Below are positions 1 through 7,592 of a DNA stretch of 11,714 nt, in pieces. The notes below the pieces were generated by a model. That model did not search any database, was not told where the DNA came from, and worked only from the letters and a program-made list of their open reading frames with translations. The DNA lies in assembly GCA_019748295.1 (NCBI GenBank), contig JAIEPT010000297.1, positions 1 through 11,714 of the forward strand, in the 5' to 3' direction. A program made the translations under genes and the position numbers. The DNA is from Gemmataceae bacterium (GTDB lineage: Bacteria > Planctomycetota > Planctomycetia > Gemmatales > Gemmataceae). Within the stretch, counting starts at the first letter, position 1. Each line of letters starts with the position of its first letter.

Positions 1-111
1 TGCGGGGGAGAGGGGAAGCTTTGCTGCCTCCACCAAGCCTCCGCATGCGATAGAATTCAGGCGACATCTCTCCTGTCGGTCCGAATCCGCACTGGATGGA
101 GGAACCGAGCC

Positions 112-1008
112 ATGAAGGACGCACCGCTCGTCGAATACGGCGCCCCCATTGATCCCGAGATCATGGTGAAGCCGCCGGATGTATCGGAACTGGAACTCGA
201 ACCCGGGCATCCGGGACTTGGCGACGAGGCATATGTGAAGCGTCGTCGCGAACTGTTCGCCCTTTGTCGACATCACCGCCTTGATCGACTTGGCCCGCCG
301 CACATCGATTACACGGACGAAGAAACGCGGATTTGGCGCGACGTCAGTCCCAAGCTGGATGCCTTGCATCGCCAATACGCGTGCAGCCTCTACCTGCAAG
401 CGAAGCGCGAACTCGCCATCAACGAAGCGGAAATCCCGCAACTTCGCACGCTGAGTCAACGGCTCGAACGCGAAACCGGCACGCATCTGGTCCCGGCCGA
501 GGGGGCGTTGCCGTATCGCACCTTCTACGAGTACATCGCCCAGCGCGGCTTCCCGGTGACGCAGTTTCTGCGGCATGGATCGCATCCGGAGTTCACGCCG
601 GAACCGGACATCGTCCACGATTGCCTGGGACATGTGCCGCCGATCATGAATCATGATTACGCGGAACTGCTGCATCTCATCGGCAAAGCGGCAGCTGCCA
701 CGCCGCACGGCGATCAGGTGCTGGCGATCAAACGCTTCAGTTGGTTCAGCATCGAGTTCGGATTGATCGAGGAAGCGGGGGAGACGAAGGTTTTCGGAGC
801 CGGCATCCTGTCGTCCACCGGCGAAATACCGTTTTCGATCCATTCGCCCGATGTGGTGCGAAAGCCGTTCGTGACCGAGGTCGTGATCGAGACGGACTAC
901 GACCCATCTCGGATGCAGGACCACCTGTTCATCGCGCCGTCGTTGCCGTTTCTTCGCCGCGAGTTGGAGAACCTCGTTCGCCGATTTGCGATCCCCGTGT
1001 TGTTCTGA
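112..1008 (+). CDS. phhA: Phenylalanine-4-hydroxylase (biopterin-dependent aromatic amino acid hydroxylase family)
   Basis: The 298-aa ORF carries the catalytic-core signature of bacterial PAH. The iron-binding His pair is in PEPDIVHDCLGHVP, and the iron-binding Glu lies in the conserved block RFSWFSIEFGLIEE..KVFGAGILSSTGE (compare Chromobacterium PAH YWFTVEFGL...YGAGLLSS). Size matches single-domain bacterial PAH. A GGAGGA Shine-Dalgarno sits 7-12 nt upstream of the ATG at 112. Confidence 0.85.
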   Translation: MKDAPLVEYGAPIDPEIMVKPPDVSELELEPGHPGLGDEAYVKRRRELFALCRHHRLDRLGPPHIDYTDEETRIWRDVSPKLDALHRQYACSLYLQAKRELAINEAEIPQLRTLSQRLERETGTHLVPAEGALPYRTFYEYIAQRGFPVTQFLRHGSHPEFTPEPDIVHDCLGHVPPIMNHDYAELLHLIGKAAAATPHGDQVLAIKRFSWFSIEFGLIEEAGETKVFGAGILSSTGEIPFSIHSPDVVRKPFVTEVVIETDYDPSRMQDHLFIAPSLPFLRRELENLVRRFAIPVLF

Positions 1009-1132
1009 CGCCGCTCTGACTTGGCGTTTCCGCCATGTCGTTCGTGCAGGTCCTTTCGCTTGCGGCTTGGCGATCCGAACGTTCCATCTCGAGCGCCAAG
1101 CCCCAAGCGGCGAATCGCGGAGTGTGGACGCG

Positions 1133-1179
1133 CGTGGCGGTACGCGCCAATTTGCGCGGAACGCCACGGAGGGCGTTCC
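1133..1179. terminator. Cluster of overlapping GC-rich stem-loops in the convergent intergenic region between phhA and the minus-strand lipoprotein gene (possible bidirectional terminator)
   Basis: The inverted repeat cgtggcg(1133-1139)/cgccacg(1162-1168) encloses cgcgc-caattt-gcgcg (1143-1158). It overlaps an 8-bp stem ggaacgcc(1158-1165)/ggcgttcc(1172-1179) with a 6-nt loop. A moderately T-rich tract follows (tgtgttgtgg). There is no strong U-run, so this is weak. Confidence 0.25.
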
Positions 1180-1238
1180 CTACAGCGCATGTGTTGTGGC
1201 AAGGTCGATGTCTGTCTGTCTCGGTTCGCCAAGGCCCG

Positions 1239-3731
1239 TTACCGCAGCTTCCACTCCGTGAACAGTCGCTGCTCGCTTTCCTGCTCCTGGCAGAAGATGC
1301 GGACGCGATGCACGTCGTCGAGCGTCGCCCAACTTTGCACGTGCGGACCTTGAAAATCCTGCCGAACGGGCCAACCTAGCGTGGCGGCATCCCGGCTCCA
1401 GGCGGCGAGCAAAGCTTGCATGGCTCGATCGGGAGCGGCCAGTTCCTTGCCTTCAATGCGATGGCGGGCGAGAACGCGAATAGCGCGATCGCCGGCGAAC
1501 CAGGCCATGTACCCGTCGTAGTGCGGGTCGTTGACGGCGACGAAGTAGCCGTCATCGAGCTTGGCGGCCCCTAGCTTTTGCAGGTCGGCGAGCGACATGC
1601 CGACCTGCACCTTCGACGTTCCGCCCGGCAAATACGCGAGAGGCGGCAGCGCGACCCCGGCGGCGTGCTCCAGCGGGCAATCGCGAAGGATGAGTTCCGT
1701 CGATCCGCTTTGCGTGACCACCAGCAGCGTCATGTCGTCGTGCCAGCCGAAACGCGATTCCGGACGGCTCGCCGGCAGCTCCTTCCAGGTCGTGGCATCG
1801 ATCGGCAATGCCTCGGCGGGTCCGAGCTTCGCTTTGATCCCATCGACGATTCTGGCAGCCGGCCCGTCATAGCGCACACGCACTTCGACCGCTCGACCCG
1901 CGTCATCGAAACGGGCAGACCACTGGCGAACCACGGATTCCGCAGGCGACTTAGGCGAACCGACAAACGCGGCGACGACTCCGCCGGGAATGTCGCGAAC
2001 ATGCATCTGCGGCGATCGTGGCAGCAGGGCGGCGAATTCGGCCTTCGTCATGCCCAGGCGGAACCCATCGACCTCTCGTTGGACCCGGCGAACCGGCTTG
2101 CCTTCAGCAAGACGCGTGGCACGGTCTTCCGCATCGCGCTTGGTTGCAGCTTCCTTGCGTAATGCGAGATCCGAGTGCACGCTGGCGGCTTCAAGTACAA
2201 CGGCTTGGCTCTGGGCCGCTGGGAATTGCAAGGCGAGCCTTGTTTTGCCGTCGTTCCAAACCAGATGAATGCTTCGACTGGCCGGAACCATTTCGATGTC
2301 GGCGGGTCCGAAGGTTCGCCATCCCTCGGCGGCGACTTGGCCAAGCGTCGTGCGCTGTTTCGGTCGTTCCGTGAGGATGAACGTCGCCTTTCGCACGAGG
2401 TCATGCGAATCCTCGCGCTCGAGCTTCCCTTCCGCGAGGAGGCGTGCGGCAAACGGATGACGCACCGCGGCAAGCGCCGGCGTGTCCGCAGTCACGGACG
2501 ATTGCCTCTGCTTCCACGCAATGAGCCGTCGGCCATGCTCGAAGCCGCGATCAAGATGCACGATGCCGAAATCGCGCGGCAAGGGCGTCGTTGCCGGGAT
2601 GTCGAAGGTCACGCGCACCAGAGCCCCGACTAGGGCATGAGCCGGCGTGACCACCATCTCCGTCTTGGCGGCGCCGAAGCGATACGTGACACGGCGAAAC
2701 TCCGGCATCGCTTCCGCATGCGTGCCGACGCCGCGCTCTTTCCAACAGGGCGCCAGCTGGTCCGGCGTGTGCCATTGCGAGAGCGTCGGCCCGTAAGCCA
2801 GCACCACTTCGGCCGCTTTACGATCTTTCCCGACAAAAACGAGCGCGGCATCGATCCCTTCGAAAGGCAAATCGAGTGCGAGAAGATCGAGCAAGCGATC
2901 GGGATTCGCGATTTGGACCGCCGTGTTGTCGGTGGATGCGTCAAGCCAATCAGCAAGGGCCAGGTGATTTGGAAGTTCCGGGGTCCACGTCGGCGTTTCC
3001 AAACCGGCGAAGAAGCGATCCACTTGGTCCGCCAGATCGCCCCGACCGCGTTCGCGATACGCCTTGGCCGCATCCTTCAAAACGCCAAGGCCCCGCGTCA
3101 GCAGCGTTTGGCCGAGCGGGCTTTTGCGAACGGCTTCCGGAAGCAGTTCGCGCAACTGTCGATGCATGCCGATGAGTGTCGCCGCCCCTTCTTTTTCGTC
3201 GGACGCCACGCGATACTCCGCGTGCAGCAGATGCAGGCCGACGAGGCGAGTCCACTCCAGCGGGTAGTTGCGGCCCACGCGATATTTCTCAAGCGTTGCC
3301 GTGTCGCCGAATTTTGCCGCTGCTTCGAAATCGCCGTGTCGCGCGAGATGCCAGCTCACGGCCGAATCGCGGTCGGCGTCTTTGAGATCATCGGGAACGC
3401 TGACGCCATGCTTGTCGGACCACGCCGCCTGGCGGAAGACGGGGACGGTCAGCGGAAAGCGAGCATCCGGCAGCAACAGAAACGGGGCGGATCCTTCTTG
3501 CCGGCAGCGCTCAAGCGTCGTGAGTTTCGTTTCGACCGACCCGGCCATGGCAGCGAGTTCTTGGCGAGGCCTCTGCAACAGGGCGCCCAGATCGACGACG
3601 TCTTTGCCTGACAGCAAATCGAAAGGAACCTTCGTGAGCGTCACGGCAACCGCGTCGGGTCCCTTCTCGGGGGGCGAGCCGCATCCCATGAGGGCAACAC
3701 ACAAGGCAAGGGCGACATACGGTCGGCGCAT
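1239..3731 (-). CDS. Hypothetical lipoprotein (~830 aa), no recognisable domain
   Basis: An uninterrupted minus-strand reading frame. The internal ATG at complement(3729-3731) is preceded by AGGAG 9-13 nt upstream (revcomp of 3732-3750 = ggatctcaggagttgcccc). It opens with a lipoprotein-type signal peptide MRRPYVALALCVALMGC (lipobox-like LMGC). The opposite strand across this span is broken into short ORFs. Upstream of this ATG the same frame runs on as an antisense artefact through the ATPase gene. Confidence 0.7.
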   Translation of the reverse strand: MRRPYVALALCVALMGCGSPPEKGPDAVAVTLTKVPFDLLSGKDVVDLGALLQRPRQELAAMAGSVETKLTTLERCRQEGSAPFLLLPDARFPLTVPVFRQAAWSDKHGVSVPDDLKDADRDSAVSWHLARHGDFEAAAKFGDTATLEKYRVGRNYPLEWTRLVGLHLLHAEYRVASDEKEGAATLIGMHRQLRELLPEAVRKSPLGQTLLTRGLGVLKDAAKAYRERGRGDLADQVDRFFAGLETPTWTPELPNHLALADWLDASTDNTAVQIANPDRLLDLLALDLPFEGIDAALVFVGKDRKAAEVVLAYGPTLSQWHTPDQLAPCWKERGVGTHAEAMPEFRRVTYRFGAAKTEMVVTPAHALVGALVRVTFDIPATTPLPRDFGIVHLDRGFEHGRRLIAWKQRQSSVTADTPALAAVRHPFAARLLAEGKLEREDSHDLVRKATFILTERPKQRTTLGQVAAEGWRTFGPADIEMVPASRSIHLVWNDGKTRLALQFPAAQSQAVVLEAASVHSDLALRKEAATKRDAEDRATRLAEGKPVRRVQREVDGFRLGMTKAEFAALLPRSPQMHVRDIPGGVVAAFVGSPKSPAESVVRQWSARFDDAGRAVEVRVRYDGPAARIVDGIKAKLGPAEALPIDATTWKELPASRPESRFGWHDDMTLLVVTQSGSTELILRDCPLEHAAGVALPPLAYLPGGTSKVQVGMSLADLQKLGAAKLDDGYFVAVNDPHYDGYMAWFAGDRAIRVLARHRIEGKELAAPDRAMQALLAAWSRDAATLGWPVRQDFQGPHVQSWATLDDVHRVRIFCQEQESEQRLFTEWKLR

Positions 3732-3956
3732 GGGGCAACTCCTGAGATCCGGGCCTCGGTTCTCGCGCGCAACTATAGGTCGCGTTTCGGAGAGAGGCGG
3801 ATGCCGGCGCGGATTTGGTGAACGGTCCATCCCGCCTCCGCATCCGTTGAGCGCTTCACGCCGCCGCCGCTGTGGGCGCGGCCTCATTGACCCGCTGTTT
3901 TCGGCGTCGTAGGATGAAGTTTCGCCAGCCACGCCTCCTAGCCGCTCTCGGCCCGA
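3732..3956. promoter_or_regulatory. Divergent promoter/leader region between the lipoprotein gene (-) and the ATPase-SPFH fusion gene (+)
   Basis: A 225-bp non-coding gap between two divergently oriented start codons. It contains a 7-bp inverted repeat cggatgc...gcatccg with a ~38-nt spacer and a duplicated gcggat motif. No promoter consensus can be assigned with confidence in this lineage. Confidence 0.3.
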
Positions 3957-5970
3957 ATGCATCGCGAACTGTCTCACGCTGATTCCGCCTTCGCTCAAGA
4001 ACGCCCCTATGCCCTTTATCTGGGCGCCGCGTTTCTGGCGCTCTTGCTCGGCCTCGATCTGGCTCCGCGCATCGGAGCAATGTTTGGCGTTCCCACGCTG
4101 TCTGGACTTCCGAACGGCATTTGGGGCTTCCGCTTCGCCTTGATCGCCGCGGTGCTCGGCGGAGCCCGCGTCCTTTACGGCTCGCTTAATTCGCTCATGG
4201 AAGGCCGGCTTGGAGCGGACGCCGCTCTCGCCATCGCCTGCATCGCCGCCATCATGATGAACGAGCCGTTGGTGGCGGCCGAGGTCGTGTTCATCGCCAT
4301 GGTGGGCGAATGTCTCGAAGCGTTCACCTTCGATCGAACGCAACGAGCCGTGCGGAAGATCGTCGAGGTCTTTCCCATCCGCTGCTGGCGGCTCGAAGAA
4401 GGGAAGGAAACGCGGGTCTTCACGCGCGATTTGCGCGTCGGCGATCTCATCGTCGTCAAACCTGGCGGCAAAATTCCCATCGATGGCCTCGTGCAATCCG
4501 GCCGATCGGCCGTCGATGCGAGCCCGCTCACCGGCGAAAGCCTGCCGCTCGATAAAGGCCCGGGGGACGAAGTGCTGGCGGGGTCGATCAACCTGCACGG
4601 CGCGCTGACGATCCTCGCCCAGAAAGTCGCGGAACAAACCGTGGCCGGGAAGGTGATCGAACTCACCGCCCGGGCTCTCAAGGACAAAACCTCCGGCGAA
4701 CGCATTGCGGACCGGATGGCGCGGTGGTTCCTGCCGGTGCTGCTCGGCCTGGCGCTGCTGACGTTTTTTGGCGCCCTGATTCATTTCGGCGGCGGCGTCT
4801 TCCGCGGAGCCAACATGCCGCGCCTCGGTTGGGGCCAGGCGGTAAGGTCGAGCATGATCCCGACGCTCGCGGTGCTTGTCGTCGCATGCCCCTGCGCGTT
4901 GATCCTCGCCACTCCCGCCGCCGTCATCGCGGCACTCGGACGCTTGGCGGGAACCGGCGTCCTTATCAAGGGAGGCTCCGCCCTCGAGCGACTTGCCGGA
5001 GTGACGGCATTCGCTTTCGACAAGACCGGCACCATCACCGAAGGAAAGCTCGAACTCGGCGATGTGTTGCCGATGCTCGGCGTGGAGGAGAACGAACTGA
5101 TCCGCGTGGCCGCGTCCGCGGAACGGTCGAGCGAGCATCCGCTCGCCCGGCTCGTGCTTGAAGAAGCGAAACGCCGTGGGTTGCAGGTCGAGGACGCGGT
5201 CGATGATTTCGTAGCGTTGCCCGGAGCCGGGATTTCCGCACGTGTCAACGGCTCGACGATCCTTGTGGGCGGAAGGCGATTGCTCGAAGAGCAGGGGGTT
5301 CGCTTCGACGACGCGGCACAATCGCTGTTGGCCCAGCTCGATGCCGAGGGTCAGACAACGCTCTTCGTCGCCCGTGATGGCCGGATCCTTGGAGCGATGG
5401 GGGCACGCGACCGGGTGCGTCCCGAAACCGCGGGCGTCGTCGCCAAGCTGCGTTCGCTGGGCATTGGGCCCATCGTGCTGCTCACCGGCGATCGCTCGGC
5501 CGCGGCTCAAGCGGCGGCGCGCGATCTCGGATTCGATCACATCCGTTCCGAACTCCTGCCGCAAGACAAGGCGACGCATCTCGACGCTCTGCGGATCGGT
5601 GGCGGCAAGGTCGCGATGGTCGGCGACGGCATCAACGACGCCCCCGCTTTGGCTCGCGCCGATGTCGGACTGGCTCTGGGCGGTTCCGGCGTCGATCTGA
5701 CGGCCGAGGCGGGCGACATCATCCTCATGGGGGATCCGATCCGCACGCTGCCGCTCTTGGTCCAGCTCTCGCGGCAAACCGTTCGCATCATCCGCCAAAA
5801 CATTCTCTGGTTCGCGTTCGGCGTCAACATCGTCGGCATCCTGCTCACCAGCTGGCTTTGGCCGTTCATTGCCCCGGCCGGCTGGTCCGATCAATCGCCG
5901 CTCGCCGCGGTGGTGTATCACCAGTTCGGCTCGTTGCTGGTGCTGCTCAATTCGATGCGGCTCCTCTGGT
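3957..5970 (+). other. P1B-type ATPase module of the fusion ORF (8 predicted TMs, A/P/N domains)
   Basis: Motifs TGES, CPC, DKTGT, HP and GDGINDAP in canonical order. No N-terminal CxxC heavy-metal-associated domain. TM7/TM8 show neither a clean Cu+ (YN...MxxSS) nor Zn2+ (K...DxG) signature (TM8 = HQFGSLLVLLNSMRL). Confidence 0.7.
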
Positions 5971-7205
5971 TCGAGCGCGACGCGCGGCAAGGGACGCCTT
6001 CCGCCTGGAGGCGAATGGACGCTTGGTTGGAAAAGCATGTGGACGTCGATGCGTGGATCCACGGCATCGAACATCACGCGGGCAAGGTCGCGGCGTCGGT
6101 AGGTTTCTTGTTCGCCGGAGGGTGGCTTGCGAGCGGCGTCATCGTCGTCGGCCCCGATGAGCATGCCGTCGTTGCTCGGTTCGGCCGCCCGATTGCGGAC
6201 CTCGAAACGGGCTGGCATGGGCGTTGGCCTTGGCCCATCGACGCCGAGCGCCGCGTGACTCGACGTGTGCGGACTGTGGAAGTCGGTTTCCGCGAGGCGC
6301 AAGAACAGACGAAGGCGGCTGCATCGTGGACGTGGACCAGCGCGCACCGCAAAGAGAATCGCCTCGCCCACGAGTCGACGATGATCACGGGGGACAACAA
6401 CCTCGTCGAAGTACAGGCCATCGTCCGCTTCCAGATCGCTGACCCGCGCACCTACTTGTTCGAAGCGAACGGCGCTGAGGAGATTTTGCGGGCCGACGCG
6501 GAGGCCACGCTTCGCACGTTGATCGCAGGCGAAACATTCGCCGAGCTGCTTACTTCGGGCAGGGCGACATTGCAGACGGAGACGCTGCGGCGTTTGAAGG
6601 AGAAGGCGGCGAGCTATGGACCGAAAGGACTCGGCATCGAAATCGAAGGCGTGTCGCTGATCGATCTGCATCCGCCAGGCGAGGTGGTCGCTTCCTATTA
6701 CAACGTGGCCGTCGCCATGCAAGGTCGTGATCGCCGGGTGAACGAGGCGAAGACCGGAGCCTGGAAGATCCGGGCGGATGCCGAGGCGGATGCCCAAACA
6801 ATCGTTCGCCGGGCGCAGGCGAGCGCGACGGAAAAGGTGCAGACGGCGGCGGGCGAGGCCGTGCGGTTCACGGAACTCAGCAATGCAACGCGCGGACTTT
6901 CCTGGCGGGACGAAGGACGCCTTTGGCTGCAAGGCGCCTGGCAAGCGATGCGCGGCGAATCGTTCGATGCGATTGGGCGCCAGCAGGAAGTGGAAAGGCG
7001 ATCGCTCGTCGAACAACAACGGCTGCTCGCGGAGTTTCGGCTCTTCTGGGTCACGCTTGGCTCGGCGTTGCAACGACGCGACGTCATCTTTATCGACAGC
7101 GACAAGGCAGGCGGGCGACGGCAGTTGTTCCTGACGGACCCCGAACTGCTGCGAGGGCCCAATCCCCTCATGCTCGCGCCGCAGTCCAAAGACGGCAACC
7201 GGTGA
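3957..7205 (+). CDS. Fusion protein: P1B-type heavy-metal-translocating P-type ATPase (N-terminal ~670 aa) fused in-frame to an HflK/HflC-like SPFH (band-7) membrane protein module (C-terminal ~370 aa)
   Basis: Single 1082-aa ORF with no stop. ATPase motifs: actuator TGES (4530-4541), transmembrane CPC in VVACPCALI (4886-4894), phosphorylation site DKTGT (5019-5033), SEHPLA, hinge GDGINDAPAL (5622-5645), and two N-terminal extra TMs typical of P1B pumps. After the last ATPase TM pair there is a linker and one additional TM (VGFLFAGGWLASGVIVV). A region alignable to E. coli HflK follows: DEHAVVARFGRP~ERGVVTRFGK, ETGWHGRWPWPIDAERRVTRRV~EPGLNWKPTFIDEVKPVNV, MITGDNNLVEVQAIVRFQIADPRTYLFEA~LTSDENVVRVEMNVQYRVTNPEKYLYSV, HPPGEVVASYYNVAVAMQGRDRR~RPPEEVKAAFDDAIAARENEQ, and a C-terminal VIFIDSDKAGGRRQLFL~KVLVNDKGGNLMVLPL. 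Confidence 0.85.
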   Translation: MHRELSHADSAFAQERPYALYLGAAFLALLLGLDLAPRIGAMFGVPTLSGLPNGIWGFRFALIAAVLGGARVLYGSLNSLMEGRLGADAALAIACIAAIMMNEPLVAAEVVFIAMVGECLEAFTFDRTQRAVRKIVEVFPIRCWRLEEGKETRVFTRDLRVGDLIVVKPGGKIPIDGLVQSGRSAVDASPLTGESLPLDKGPGDEVLAGSINLHGALTILAQKVAEQTVAGKVIELTARALKDKTSGERIADRMARWFLPVLLGLALLTFFGALIHFGGGVFRGANMPRLGWGQAVRSSMIPTLAVLVVACPCALILATPAAVIAALGRLAGTGVLIKGGSALERLAGVTAFAFDKTGTITEGKLELGDVLPMLGVEENELIRVAASAERSSEHPLARLVLEEAKRRGLQVEDAVDDFVALPGAGISARVNGSTILVGGRRLLEEQGVRFDDAAQSLLAQLDAEGQTTLFVARDGRILGAMGARDRVRPETAGVVAKLRSLGIGPIVLLTGDRSAAAQAAARDLGFDHIRSELLPQDKATHLDALRIGGGKVAMVGDGINDAPALARADVGLALGGSGVDLTAEAGDIILMGDPIRTLPLLVQLSRQTVRIIRQNILWFAFGVNIVGILLTSWLWPFIAPAGWSDQSPLAAVVYHQFGSLLVLLNSMRLLWFERDARQGTPSAWRRMDAWLEKHVDVDAWIHGIEHHAGKVAASVGFLFAGGWLASGVIVVGPDEHAVVARFGRPIADLETGWHGRWPWPIDAERRVTRRVRTVEVGFREAQEQTKAAASWTWTSAHRKENRLAHESTMITGDNNLVEVQAIVRFQIADPRTYLFEANGAEEILRADAEATLRTLIAGETFAELLTSGRATLQTETLRRLKEKAASYGPKGLGIEIEGVSLIDLHPPGEVVASYYNVAVAMQGRDRRVNEAKTGAWKIRADAEADAQTIVRRAQASATEKVQTAAGEAVRFTELSNATRGLSWRDEGRLWLQGAWQAMRGESFDAIGRQQEVERRSLVEQQRLLAEFRLFWVTLGSALQRRDVIFIDSDKAGGRRQLFLTDPELLRGPNPLMLAPQSKDGNR
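6090..7202 (+). other. HflK/HflC-like module of the fusion ORF: single TM + SPFH/band-7 domain + coiled-coil + HflK-type C-terminal tail
   Basis: TM at ~6090-6150 and SPFH core at ~6150-6880, ending in the A/E/R/Q-rich coiled-coil segment RADAEADAQTIVRRAQASATEKVQTAAGEAVRF. The C-terminal tail has the HflK-like DxDKxGxxxxLxL block. Boundaries are approximate. Confidence 0.65.
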
Positions 7206-7258
7206 CGCTTCATCGGCAATCAGACCGCGAATGCGCCCCAGGTGGCACGTGCAGTTTG

Positions 7259-7374
7259 GGTGGCACGCCCTGAGTGCAGCGAAGGGCGTGGAAAACCCGC
7301 TGAAAGTTCATTGCAAGTCGGATGCTGCCCCAGCACCGCTTCCACGCCCTTCGCCACACTCAGGGCGTGCCACC
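7259..7374. repeat. 35-bp near-perfect inverted repeat (2 mismatches) with 46-nt spacer in the intergenic region downstream of the ATPase-SPFH gene
   Basis: Left arm 7259-7293 ggtggcacgccctgagtgcagcgaagggcgtggaa. Right arm 7340-7374 ttccacgcccttcgccacactcagggcgtgccacc. Its reverse complement differs from the left arm at only 2 positions. A partial direct copy, caggtggcacgtgcag, lies at 7239-7254, just upstream of the left arm. Confidence 0.6.
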
Positions 7375-7592
7375 GGGGGAATGCTTGGGCGCCAATTTTT
7401 GGGCGGACGGTCCGGACCGCGAACGCCAAGGGCTCTCGTTGAGGTACCTTCGCCTGAACATTTGCCGCACCCCTTGACCGTGTCTGCCCCTTGCGGGGTT
7501 CGCGCCAAACGTTTATCCTTAATATCGAGTTCGTGCCCTCCTGCTTGTCTCGTCCTCGCCGATCCTTGATCGGTCCCGCCTGAGGTTTTCGG

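Noticed and set aside
333-1019. Overlapping plus-strand ORFs 333..656 and 741..1019 inside phhA
   Set aside because: Alternative frames of a gene whose main frame has unambiguous PAH catalytic motifs.
2637-3611. 324-aa plus-strand ORF (also 1578..2162, 2175..2633 and other plus-strand ORFs in 1240-3730)
   Set aside because: Fragmented, arginine-rich translations antisense to the continuous minus-strand lipoprotein gene. No motifs or start-site support.
1239-7073. Uninterrupted 1944-aa minus-strand ORF spanning the lipoprotein gene, the divergent promoter region and most of the ATPase gene
   Set aside because: Its upstream 3.1 kb is exactly antisense to a plus-strand ORF full of ordered P-type ATPase and HflK motifs. 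The part upstream of the internal ATG is low-complexity R/A/G/P-rich, typical of stop-poor antisense frames in high-GC DNA. The genuine gene begins at the internal ATG (3731), which has an AGGAG RBS and a lipoprotein signal peptide.
7231-7569. 112-aa plus-strand ORF (and the 7220..7675 minus-strand ORF) in the ATPase/DUF1549 intergenic region
   Set aside because: Proline/arginine-rich low-complexity translations with no RBS. The region is better explained as non-coding, containing the 35-bp inverted repeat. The minus-strand ORF also runs antisense into the signal-peptide region of the DUF1549 gene.
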